DNA from: Hamiltosporidium tvaerminnensis FI-OER-3-3 | Lineage: Eukaryota; Fungi; Microsporidia | Length of the DNA stretch: 64,000 bases | Reading direction: 5' to 3' | Assembly (NCBI GenBank): GCA_022605425.2 | Contig: JAKIMF020000005.1 | Location: forward strand, 248,001-312,000 | Shown: one piece after another, positions 52,409 to 64,000 of the stretch | Layout: every line of letters begins with the position of its first letter | Numbering within the stretch: the first letter of the stretch is position 1 | Notes under the pieces: model-generated | Seen by the model: the letters and a program-made list of their open reading frames with translations, nothing else | Told to the model about the DNA's origin: nothing | Database searches by the model: none | Made by a program: the position numbers and the translations under genes

Positions 52409-53070
52409 ATAGAGGATCGATAATCCCAAAAAAAACCATCTTGTTGGCAGTGTGTATGAGAAATTAGCAAATGAAAGTCAAGGGTTGCTTTTTAGTGAAA
52501 ATAGAACTACATTTATTTTCGGTCTTTCATGTGGTTAATATGAGGAGAAGATCTAAGAAACAGCGAAACTTTTTTCAAAAATTATTTGGTAGTTTTTCAT
52601 GCAGCGAGTCTGCAGACCACAGCTGAACTTGTAGACAATCGCCATGCAAAAGTATGAAAAACATGAGTGGCTTACTCGGGTTAGAAGAATAAGCTCCTAA
52701 TTGCTTTAAATTAATAGCCTTTAAAGCCGGGATAGCTAAGTAGCTGGGTATATCTCTTGGTATGCCAAGGCCCTTTTTAGGGGTATCCCATTTCGATTCT
52801 TGAGGTATCTTAGTATGAAATTTATTTTGTTTATAAAGTTAAGAGTAAATGGAAATGTTCTTGGATTTTAAGGAACCAAAATAGGGCTCGAATATATATT
52901 ACGCAACAGGGAACAAAACTAATGAAATCCTTGCTACTTCCATGCCAGTTTATGCGCTTTCTATGTTTTTGTCATGAAAAGATGGTAGGAAACTATCTAT
53001 CTAGGCAATATAACTGCTTTAATTTATGAAAAGAATGCAATATGTGCTGTTGTTGCTAAATGATGTGATA
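52409..53070 (+). repeat. ~700-bp dispersed non-coding element, copy E (diverged)
   Basis: TGCAGACCACAGCTGAAC, TTACTCGGGTTAGAAGA, TTAAAGCCGGGATAGCTAAGTAGC and the terminal GATGTGATA. Confidence 0.85.
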
Positions 53071-54961
53071 TTTATAAGATAAATATAATGTATTAAATTA
53101 GAAAGATGGTAATTCCAATTTATTTTTCAAAAAGATAAAATAAATAAATTATACGCTCTTTTAATATCAATAATTCCGTAACTGAATCTATGTATAGCAT
53201 AAATTAAGTAAGAACTTTTTTGGGTTTGTGATTTAATCTTTATGCTTTTACACGGCAAACAATTTCCGAAAGATAATTATGCTCTTTGCACTTTGATTGG
53301 AAATATATTTGACACATTTTGCTGTTTATGTGTTTGTTTTTCAAATTGAATGTTTGTCTAAATTTGAAGGTTTGAATTTTCATGATTCAAATCTGATAAA
53401 TGTATCGCAATAAATTATATTTAACGTAAATAGTCTCTAAAAAAATTTTTTAAACAGATAACTATATCTATATATAATAACATCCTGTTAAATAAATTAT
53501 GAAAAAGAATGATTCTATCATGTTATATACATAAAACGAATCAATAGGATTTGCATTTTCATCATGATTTAAACAACGTCTGAAAATATTTAAATACCAA
53601 AAACATTATCAGTTGTTTCTTATAAAAAATTTAAATAGCATTTGAATCTCGAGTTCGATCAAAAAGTTAGAGATTTCGCATAAAATTCCTATTTTAGATG
53701 TAACATTTACAAATATAATATCTTACAATAAAACTGACCAATAGAAACTAAACCATTGAATTACGTTTGAATCTACTGCTATTTTTATGTAACTTTTGAT
53801 TATTCATATATTTAATAGTAGCTTTTTTCAAAAATCACTTAAACTAAAAACTTTGTAGTTTAATTAAAATAAGCGCCCGTAAGGTTTTTTTCTATCTTTC
53901 GGATATAGAAAGTATGATTTTCTTATCTCAAGATTTCTTTCTGGGCTATCTCAATAAATTTACATATTAAATTTACATATCCTGGTTTGCTTAAAGCGGA
54001 TCCAAGCTTTTCCGTCGTTTAATAATAACATATGATATTGCATATATGAAACTTACTATCTGAACCGAACAAAAATATGTCAACATCTAAGAATTTCCCC
54101 CTTATCTAAACAAGGAAAACAAAATCTTACTGGAAATTATTTCGATGAGAAGTTTTGGAATGCACATCATTTCGTTCAAAAATTATTTTTCGAGCTGTTT
54201 TTATGTTTACATAAATACTTCTTTTTGTAAGATATAGTAGATTCTAGTGTTCGAAACAAAACATGAGTGAGCGATACAAATGCTCTTTTGGTTGTGACTT
54301 TTTCTAATCGAGTTATGTTTTTATCTTTACGATTTTATTATATGACAAGCCTTTATTAGACGTGAAGCAATAATTATAAAAACTTTTATTGGCCATCTAG
54401 AAGCTCGTCTAGTATTTTAGAATTCTTTTTAAATTCTGGTCTGGTCAACTTTATCTACTTATTTAATTAATTCTGCTTTTACGCGCTCATTTCATTTTGC
54501 TTGTAGATAATCTCTTGATTCTTCCGCGAAAACATTGTTACGATATTTCATCGTATTCGGTTGGTCAACATGCACAAACCATAGCTCATAAATGATATCT
54601 GGAAATCAACGAAGGTACAAATTTCAAATACCAGATTCATTTGATTTGTTCGCTAGAATTAGTAGAGATATTATATTAGTTTTTAAAATTTATAAAGACA
54701 AATTTTAAATATAATGCTATTGTTGTTTTTTACACCATTTATAGCCTTTTGGTATCAAAATTCGTTTGATACCGGAAACATTCGGGGTTTTTTAAATTAA
54801 AAAATGTAAAAACGACCTCTAAAGATTCATTATATTTCTCTACCAAACATCTGTTACTATAAAATTTAATTTTTATGTTCTAAAAATTCTTTATAAAGGT
54901 AATTCTAAAAAAAATCGTTATATAAATATTAAATTTTAATTTAATAAAAACATTCCCTTAT

Positions 54962-56482
54962 ATGTTGCAATACAAAATATCTGAGATACCAAGATATGCC
55001 ACAATTTCTCAACTGAAAAAAAGTTTCGTTAAAAATTTAAAGATAAAAGTAAGCGATTTTAAAATTACTTACGTACAAAAAAATGATTTTGGTTTTATAA
55101 TATTCAAAGAATCTCTCTCTTCCCAACAATTAGAACAATTTGAAAATTTTTATTTAAAAAATAATGTAAAATTAAAATTTAGACGATTAGAGGACAAAGA
55201 AGATGGTTTCTTTGGTAAAAAATCGAAGGAAATTTGTTTCCAGTCACATAATACAGTATCTATGGAAATTGATATACGAGATGTTGTAACAACTCTATGG
55301 AAAATGCCCTATGAGGAACAATTAACATATAAAAGTAATACTTTAGAGTCTTTTTATAAAAATATTTACAAAAATTTTATTTCTATGAAAAGTTCCGATA
55401 CAAAAGTAAGAAATAATTGTCAATTTAGTTTTGGATTCGATAAGAATAATGATATAATAGTTGGATTTAGAGGACATAAATTTATAGAATATCCAAATCT
55501 TGTATATAACGTTTCTAACTGTCTAAATGTGAGCGAAAATATGAAAAATATTGTTGGGAATTTAAATAATATTTTACAAGATAAAAAAGATTTGGTTTTT
55601 GACAGAATAAACAAAAAAGGATTTTTAATGATTCTATCCGTAAGAGAATTCAATGATAAAAGTTTATCTTTAATCAAAATCAAATCAAAAGACATTTCTT
55701 TAAAAGAATTTTCAGAGATTATCGATATTTCTAGAAATATTTTAACTGATAATTCTTTTTTACAGATTTCTAACGATACATTTGAAGGAATAAAACCCGA
55801 AAAAAATATTCTTTCTAAAGAATTGTCAGATTCCTTTCTAAATGAAATCAAAACAAAATATACACAACCAGACGAAACATTAGATATTTCACCGGTAGTT
55901 ATATGCTTAAAAGGACATCCAGATTTAGAAACTTGTCTTTTATCAAATTTTAAATTCAAAATTTCTATTTTTTCATTTTTCCAAATAAATACAGAAGTAA
56001 CCGAATATTTAATTCAAAAAATCAAAAAATTAAAAACCACAGATACACTTTTAGATCTCTGTTGTGGAACAGGTATGTTCAGCGTCTGTTTAAACAAAGA
56101 CTTTAATGAAATAATTGGATTAGAATTAAGCAAAGAATGCATATCAGATGCACATCGAAATATTAAAATAAACGGTATTAATAATATTACTTTAGTAGAA
56201 AATACTGTTGAAAAAGCCAAATTTCCGGATAAGGAATGTTCTGTCATATTAGATCCTCCTCGAAATGGTGTTTCAAATAAATTAATGAACAAAATTAAAA
56301 ATCATATTTTTATTAAAGAAATATTTTATATTTCGTGTGCTTATGAAAAAACCCTTAATAATATTTTAGAAGTCGTTTCTCTTATAGATCTGCCATCTTT
56401 TAAAGTAGAATGGATTGGTGGGTTTGATATGTTTCCAAATACAAAAAATACAGAAGTATTGATATATTTGAAGAGAAATTAA
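54962..56482 (+). CDS. TRM2: tRNA (uracil-5-)-methyltransferase, TrmA/Trm2 family
   Basis: FFQIN, LLDLCCGTG, DPPRNG, YISC (catalytic Cys), DMFPNT..E; RRM-like N-terminus as in TRMT2A. CCC motif before the ATG. Confidence 0.9.
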   Translation: MLQYKISEIPRYATISQLKKSFVKNLKIKVSDFKITYVQKNDFGFIIFKESLSSQQLEQFENFYLKNNVKLKFRRLEDKEDGFFGKKSKEICFQSHNTVSMEIDIRDVVTTLWKMPYEEQLTYKSNTLESFYKNIYKNFISMKSSDTKVRNNCQFSFGFDKNNDIIVGFRGHKFIEYPNLVYNVSNCLNVSENMKNIVGNLNNILQDKKDLVFDRINKKGFLMILSVREFNDKSLSLIKIKSKDISLKEFSEIIDISRNILTDNSFLQISNDTFEGIKPEKNILSKELSDSFLNEIKTKYTQPDETLDISPVVICLKGHPDLETCLLSNFKFKISIFSFFQINTEVTEYLIQKIKKLKTTDTLLDLCCGTGMFSVCLNKDFNEIIGLELSKECISDAHRNIKINGINNITLVENTVEKAKFPDKECSVILDPPRNGVSNKLMNKIKNHIFIKEIFYISCAYEKTLNNILEVVSLIDLPSFKVEWIGGFDMFPNTKNTEVLIYLKRN

Positions 56483-57059
56483 AATATATTCGTTTTAAAT
56501 ACTTTAATAATTTTAAATTTATTTCTCTAAAAGATATCATTAAATATGAAAATATTTTAATAAATTTAAATCTACTTCTTTAAAAGTTATCATTAAATTT
56601 ATTTCTCTAAAAGTTATACTAGTATAGAACAAAGTTTAATATTTTATATTACGTGTTACTTAACTATTTAATTCTACCTTTTTTTAAACCGTTTTTTGCA
56701 ATTTTTTATTAATTATTTAAAAATACTTTTTTTAAGATTTTAAGTATTTTTTAAAATGTTTTTTACATCAAAAATATTTCTCTTTTTTTCTTACACAATA
56801 ATATCACTAATAAAATCTTTACACATCTATCATACCTTATCTAATGTTATTGTAATAAATATCTCTAATAAAACATTTACACACATATCATACCTTCTAT
56901 AATGTTATTCTAATAAATATGAGGTTTAATTTCTAAATTACTTCTTCTAACATAAATATGCCACTATAAGTTATCTAAGTGTCTGTAATTGTAAGTAACT
57001 CAATTTAAGAAACTTTTACTGTTTTTTATAAATAATTAATAGATTTTATAAAAACTAAA

Positions 57060-57698
<639 letters not shown>

Positions 57699-58081
57699 CT
57701 TTTAAATAAAGTATTTCCAATTTTATTTAATAAAATTCTGGGTTATAAAAACTGATGTAAAAAAATATTTTTGCTTTTAATTCACAAATTTTAGAATTAA
57801 TTATCTAAAATTTTAAATATTTCTTTAAAAATTTTAAATAAGTAAATTTGTAACTTAGTTATTAGATATCAAACACACAAATATTATACATTTCATTTAT
57901 TATTCTATACTCTTTTTTTTTAAATTATTTCTCATTTTTAATTATTGAAATCTAAATTTTTAACTTATAAAGATATCGAAAGACACTTCTAAATAACAAT
58001 ATACTCGTTTTCGAAAATATTGAATAAACTGTAAACTTAAGAGAAAGAAATATAAAAAATATTATTTATAACTCTCTACTA

Positions 58082-61000
58082 ATGGGTAGAAAGAAAAATG
58101 TTAGCAGCGAAACATTAAAAAATAATAAAATAAAAGATGCAAACGACGCCGATGAGGTGAAGAAAAGTGAGAGTGGCATACAAAAATGTGAGCTACACCC
58201 ACTGGCGATTTCCCTACCTTCCTCCTCCTACACAAAAACCACACATCCACCACTATGCCAAACATTCAGTAACATGCAAAACAGTGGGCTTGACACCTTA
58301 CCTTCGCCTAATATACCACTTCCCTCTTCGGTTGAAGTCCCTGCGTGCGAGCCATCGTACGACATGACAAACCCCTGTACTCTAGCTATTCCAGAAGGTA
58401 ACAGGCTAATGGCCTTACGGACGATATTCGATTTTGTAACAGCCGACCCGAAGGAATGGCCTCGAATTGTTTTTTTTGCAGTACAGACAAGGTTTGAAAG
58501 AATGCCAAGAAATGGCTGGACAGAGCTTCACAGGTACTATAATGAGAAATTCGGCTGCACTGAAACTCTCGAAGTGTTAAAAAAATTGGCACAAAGTGAG
58601 ATAGAAAAGGAAGTAAAATCAGAAGAGAATAGAGAGCGACGTAGAATCGCCACTTGTCTCGCTGATACATGCACTTTGACCGACACCACGGAGTACATAA
58701 ACCTGAGAGATAAATTCTTGAGTAAAATCAAAGAAATCTCGGAGAACGAAATTGGAAAAGTGGTGGTCCGAACTAGAAAACATTCAAATGAATTGGTTGA
58801 TAGTAAAGTTTGGGGCCTTATTAATCGAATTATCGGTGAGTATGCTGATTCTTATGTACCGATGACGATAACTGCAGTGGCACGGATAATCCAGGCAGCA
58901 CAGGTATGCTATAACTAGGCAACACCTAAAGAGAAGCCTAGATCCGCTTGGAAAGAAACATAGAAAGTTAAATTTCTAAGTTAATACTTTCCAAAAATCC
59001 CCTCGAGAAGGCTCGTAAACAGGAAAAGCTCTTTACTTCGGAAACGAAGAGCCTTAAGAAAATCATGCGAGAGTTTAATTTAAACTTGAGCAGTGTAACT
59101 GATCTTTCTGAAGCTTTAGTTAAGAAGAATGAGTCGTTGAGTGTTTACGAGAAAAAAATTACGATGCATGAAAGTAGGAAGCAATTCCGAAAAGAGAATC
59201 GTATGTTTGAGCTTTCCCGAGGTCGATTTTATCGTGGGTTATCTGAGCGTGTGGAATCCGAGCATGTGGTTAGTCGTGATGAAATTGTGAGTTTTTGGTC
59301 TACAATGTGGAACAAAAATGATGACACAGTCACCTATGATGATTATTTAATTCCATTTGTATCAGATAATCATCCGACCACGTTTCCTTCACTTGATGAA
59401 TTTGTAAATATCATTAATTGGCTCCCTAATTGGAAAGCTGCTGGAATTGATGGCATTTACAATTTTTTCATTGAGAAACTTACAACTCTTCACAAATATC
59501 TTTATGATTTTGTGAAAGTTATATGTTTAGAAGGAACACCTCAAGCTGATTGGTTTTACTGCGGGCTTACCTATTTGATACCCAAAGGAAGTCCACAAAG
59601 AGGCTCTGACTACAGGCCAATCACTTGTATGTCCAACCTCTATAAGTTAACGACAAAGTGTGTAACGAAAGTCGTTCAACTTGAAGTGGAAAGGCGAGGG
59701 TTGCTTGCGGAGAACCAGTTGGGAGCAGTTAGAGGTGTGCAGGGAGCGAAAGAGCAGGCTCTACTGAATATTGCCTTAAATAAAGAATATGGAAATAATC
59801 TTAAGGCAACATGGATTGATGTTAAAAAAGCTTATGATTCAATTGATCATGCATATTTAACTCATGCATTGGAAATCTAAATTTACCTGATTGGATCCTG
59901 AAATTTATTAAGGTAATTATATCAAAATGGAAATTTGATATATCAGTAGAGCCTGAAAAAATCATGAGCAAGAAGTTTGAGAAAGGGATTCTGCCGGGAG
60001 ATAATTTCTCACCATTTTTATTTGTGTTGTGTATAGATCCATTAAGCCGAAAGCGTAATAAAAAATACACAAAAGTGACATTACAAACAGATGCAGAATC
60101 CCATTCTACTAATCATCTCTTGTTTATTGATGATCTTAAGCTCCTTGCTAAAGACAGTTCGACATTGAGTGCTATCACAGACGAGGCAAAGGAATTTTAT
60201 AAGGTGATTGGGTTATAGATTAATAAAGAGAAGTCAGCCACAAATGATACGTGTTGTGAAGATACTGCTACTCTTCTAGAAGGTGTTAGTGTTTACAAAT
60301 ATTTAGGAATAATAGAAGATAGCAGAGGAATTCCAACACGTAGCTCATTTGAAGAAGTACAAAGCAAACTTATATCAAGAGTTGAAAGACTTTGTCACAC
60401 TAGATTAAACGCAAAAAATTTATTTTCTGCAATCAATCAACATGCGATATCGTTAATCATTTATCACATAGGAGTACTTCGACTTGAACCGGCTGACTTT
60501 TCTAAGTTAGATAAGGCAGTTCGTACGGTGTTAGTGAAGAATAAGATACATCTTCGCCCAGGATGTAAAAAGCGTTTGTATCTTTCTAGAACAGAACTTG
60601 GAAGAGGCCTACATAGTGTTGAGTTGCGAAGCGAACATATGCTTCTGCAACTCTTGGATTGTCTGGAAAAAAGTAAAGAAATATCAACTAGACGAGCAGC
60701 AATCCTCAAGGTGGAGAATAATAATAAAACTCATCCTGCACTAATAAAAGGCTTCTTAAAACTAAAATACAGGTTAGTAGAAGAAGTTAATAAGAAAAGT
60801 TTAGAAGAAGCTCAACTTGCAAAACTATATAACGAAATAGAAAAACGAAAACTCAATTCAAAGTTATATAATGCAAGAAAAAATGAGCTTGTGAGTGTTA
60901 GTGACTCTTCAAGATGGCTAAAGAAAGGGAATATTAGACCACGCAATGAAGCTGTGTTCTGCTATATCCAGGATAGAAATGTATTCTGGGGAGCAGATGG

Positions 61001-61885
61001 TATGTGTCAACATTGCGGGAAGTCTGGTAAGACTCTAGATCATCTAGCAACTAGATGTGAAAAAATGCTGGGTCATGATCACACAATCGACACAATGAAA
61101 TGGTACGATGTATAAATTTACTTTTGCTGAATAAATATAATTTTAAGTCGCCAAAACGAATTAGCAGCCATTCAGTTTTTGAAATTCTTGATAATGAGTA
61201 TGCAGAGATAAGAGGGGACAATAGAATAAAAACTGATGTTAAAATTCGGAATAACAGACCTGACATATCTATTTTGGATAAGAAGAAGAATAAGATAACA
61301 CTCATTAAAGTACAAATCACTTCCCAAGATTCACTTCAAATAGTTGAAACTGAAAAACTTAGGGAGTATGACCTGCTAGCCAATGAGTTGGGTCTTATTT
61401 ATAAGTGTAGGTTTGAGATAATCCCTTATGTGATGACCTGGGACGGTATTGTGACAAAATACCATAGATTACACCTTAAAAGACTAGAAATACTCATGAA
61501 TGTAGAGGCACAAATTCAATCTATTGTACTTAAGAAGACAGTCGAAACGATTTCCTTTGTTCGACGAAGAGGACTTGAGTCAGGACTAAATGCCGAAGAG
61601 AGCTGGGAGAGAGCGTCAATGGGTGTTATTATGAGATCAGAGATGCATGAGGAACCAACACCCTCTTTAAAAGAAGAGAAGAGAGAGCAAGATGGTGCAA
61701 AAATTTTAAAACCAAAAAATAAAGTACCCTTTATTTTACAAGGAGGAACCACTTTGGAGGAACCGACCAATAACATAAATAAAGAGTCGGATTTGGAAGA
61801 AGAGACAATAGTGGTTAAAGAGGTAGAAGAAAACATATAAAAATGGTAAAAATAATTTAAACCAGAATTTTATTAAATAAATTAA
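58082..61885 (+). mobile_element. Near full-length RLE non-LTR retrotransposon (same family as 22206-25976), disrupted
   Basis: WKAAGIDGI, YRPITC, DVKKAYDSI, LFIDDLKL, CQHC...H...C, NRPDI...EKLREY. The 3' tail is CCAGAATTTTATTAAATAAA. Confidence 0.93.
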
Positions 61886-62378
61886 AATAAAATTATGGGT
61901 AGAAGGAAAAAATATAAACAACTCAAATTATAAGAAAATAAAAGTTTAGGAAACTTAAGAATAATAATCAGTCTATGAAATAATTGGTTTAAAAAAAATT
62001 ATAGATATAAATAAGAGAAATGAATTAGAAATATTTTTATTATTTCTCAATTTGGGTTGTTTATATCTATAATTTTTTTTTCGTTTCATGAATTCTAAAT
62101 TCTAAATTTTAAATTTAGTGTTTTTTTTTATTGCTGTTTCTTAAAATTTGGAAATTATTATTTAATTGAATTTAGAATTTAGTCCAAGGTTTAAGTATTT
62201 CATTTTTATTTCTTGTATTTATTTGATTTGAATAGGCGAAGGTTTTACTTTTATATTTTCTTTAAATATTCATTCGAATTTTTTTTTGTAAATCTATTAT
62301 TTTTTTAAAAAATGTGTTATTTTAAATATTTATACGAAGCTAAAACCAAATACTTTTGGATTTTTTTTAAATTTCAAC

Positions 62379-62518
62379 GAGGTGGAAGAAAATATATAAA
62401 AAGGTAAAAAATTTTTAACCTTGAATCTTATAAACGATTTTTAAAGTTAAAAGAGGTAGAAATAAATATATAAAAATGGTAAAAATATTTTAACCCAGAA
62501 GTTTATTAAATAAAAAAT
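62379..62518 (+). mobile_element. Two tandem 3'-terminal stubs of the RLE retrotransposon
   Basis: GAGGTGGAAGAAAATATATAAAAAGGTAAAAA..TTTTAACC and GAGGTAGAA..ATATATAAAAATGGTAAAAATATTTTAACCCAGAA..TTATTAAATAAA. Confidence 0.85.
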
Positions 62519-64000
62519 TATACTTAGATATATACTATTAGATAAGTAAAACAATTTATTGTACTACACTTTCTTCTTTAAATGTATTTTTATCTAATTT
62601 TATTTCCCTAACAATTAAAATCTTATATTCCATCCTAATATAATTTCACATTAATTTAATTCATTCTAATAAATTTCTTATAAATTCAATCTTAATTTTA
62701 TTCGATGATTTAATTTAAATCTTATCTAATAAAATGATGCCTGTATGATCGTTTTGGCATTTAATTCGTATACTTTTGTCCCTAATTTTTATTTAGAACT
62801 TCTAAATACTAAACAAGTAACTTAAAGATCAAAACAATAGAATTAAGTTTCTGTATTAAGAAGATTTTTTTAAATAAATATGATAACAGGTCTAATCTTG
62901 AATTATATTCTTAGTTTAAACTATATAAGAATAAATCTTATACAAAAAATTCATAATTTCATTTATATTAAATTAAAATAATACTTTAGGTGTATAGAAT
63001 GCTAGTATGGGATATATCCTCGATATAATATTATTCTTAGCATCTAATTATGTTTTATTTCCCGTGTGTTACCCAAAAAATTCTGTTGCAAACATACAGT
63101 GGATTACTAGTATTTTACAATGTATTATGCTATTAATTTACTAAGTATTTCTCTGTTGCCTGATAGACATCAAACGATTGTATTTACATGTGTTTTTAAT
63201 CTATCAAAGATTTTGGCACGTATTGGAGTATAAATATAGCAGATTAAAGCAAAATTTTCGGTTTATAAATTATACTATGATTGCGACTTGATATAACAGA
63301 TGTGTTATAGTGAGTAATCCGAAGAAAATTACTTTTTAAATAAAATATTGAAAATTTAATTATAAAAGTCGGACTTATAATCTCATTCAGTAGCTAAAAA
63401 TTTTTAAAATATATAAATTCAAATAAAATGTAGGACTTAAATACTCTCATTTGCTTGCTGATAAGGGTAAAAAAATATCTACATACTAAAATAGAATGTA
63501 AAATTCTTTTTTAATTCTATTCTATCAGATATAAAGTACTATTAAGTCGATATTTTTATTAAATTACGTCTAATTCGAGAAAATATATAATTTTAGCTAT
63601 TTACAATCACTCTGCTCGAATACACTTTTTAATTTAAAAAAATAATAGATAAAAGAATAAAAGATTTTAAAATAATTCGGCTTAAAATAATCTCTTTTCT
63701 TACAAAACCAAAGAACATCTTCAATTGATGATTTAAAATAGTCAATTGTTTAGTATTTTATCTAAAGTTAACAATATAAGATATGATAATAAATGGTAGA
63801 TGAATTTTATTAAAAATTAATTTAATATCTGATGTAATATCATTAAGGAAATTAAAATAAGATTAAAAGATATATTAATAACCTTTTTTCATTTTGATAC
63901 ACTTTGTTTAAGATAAAGAAAATCAATGCAGATTTATAAATAAACACTCGATTTCAAATCTATATAATAAAAAAAACAATAATAAACAAATGATTGGCAA

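Noticed and set aside
53850-54660. Slightly GC-richer tracts (also 44280-44800, 45240-45700, 51330-51430) that may be decayed genes or TEs
   Set aside because: No motif, repeat partner or structure I could support.

Overview
Very AT-rich, gene-sparse eukaryotic DNA that looks like a large-genome microsporidian. The genes show no obvious introns, the housekeeping proteins are reduced, and CCC/GGG motifs sit just upstream of most ATGs. A Hamiltosporidium-like source is my inference only. Recognisable genes are RAD26/ERCC6, a bZIP factor, KIN17-like, DTD1, DNA polymerase delta (POL3), a fidgetin-like AAA ATPase, SEC31, TRM2 and three paralogues of a divergent LRR-like family. Mobile DNA includes a decayed hAT (Buster/Charlie-type) transposon, two near-full-length and several partial copies of an RT + restriction-like-endonuclease non-LTR retrotransposon, two RTE-5'UTR-like fragments and a small MITE-like hairpin. 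There are also at least six copies of an unexplained ~700-bp non-coding repeat with conserved hairpins. The two long poly-A tracts are almost certainly assembly artefacts. Four observations stand out. (1) One 30-nt quasi-palindromic coding minisatellite has entered two unrelated essential genes (POL3, SEC31) in frame and in both orientations, at points where an extreme local G/C strand skew flips. (2) The ~700-bp structured repeat family. (3) Tandem duplication of gene 3' ends including stop codons. (4) A putative signal + BTB-like + LRR family that could be secreted ubiquitin-ligase adaptors.
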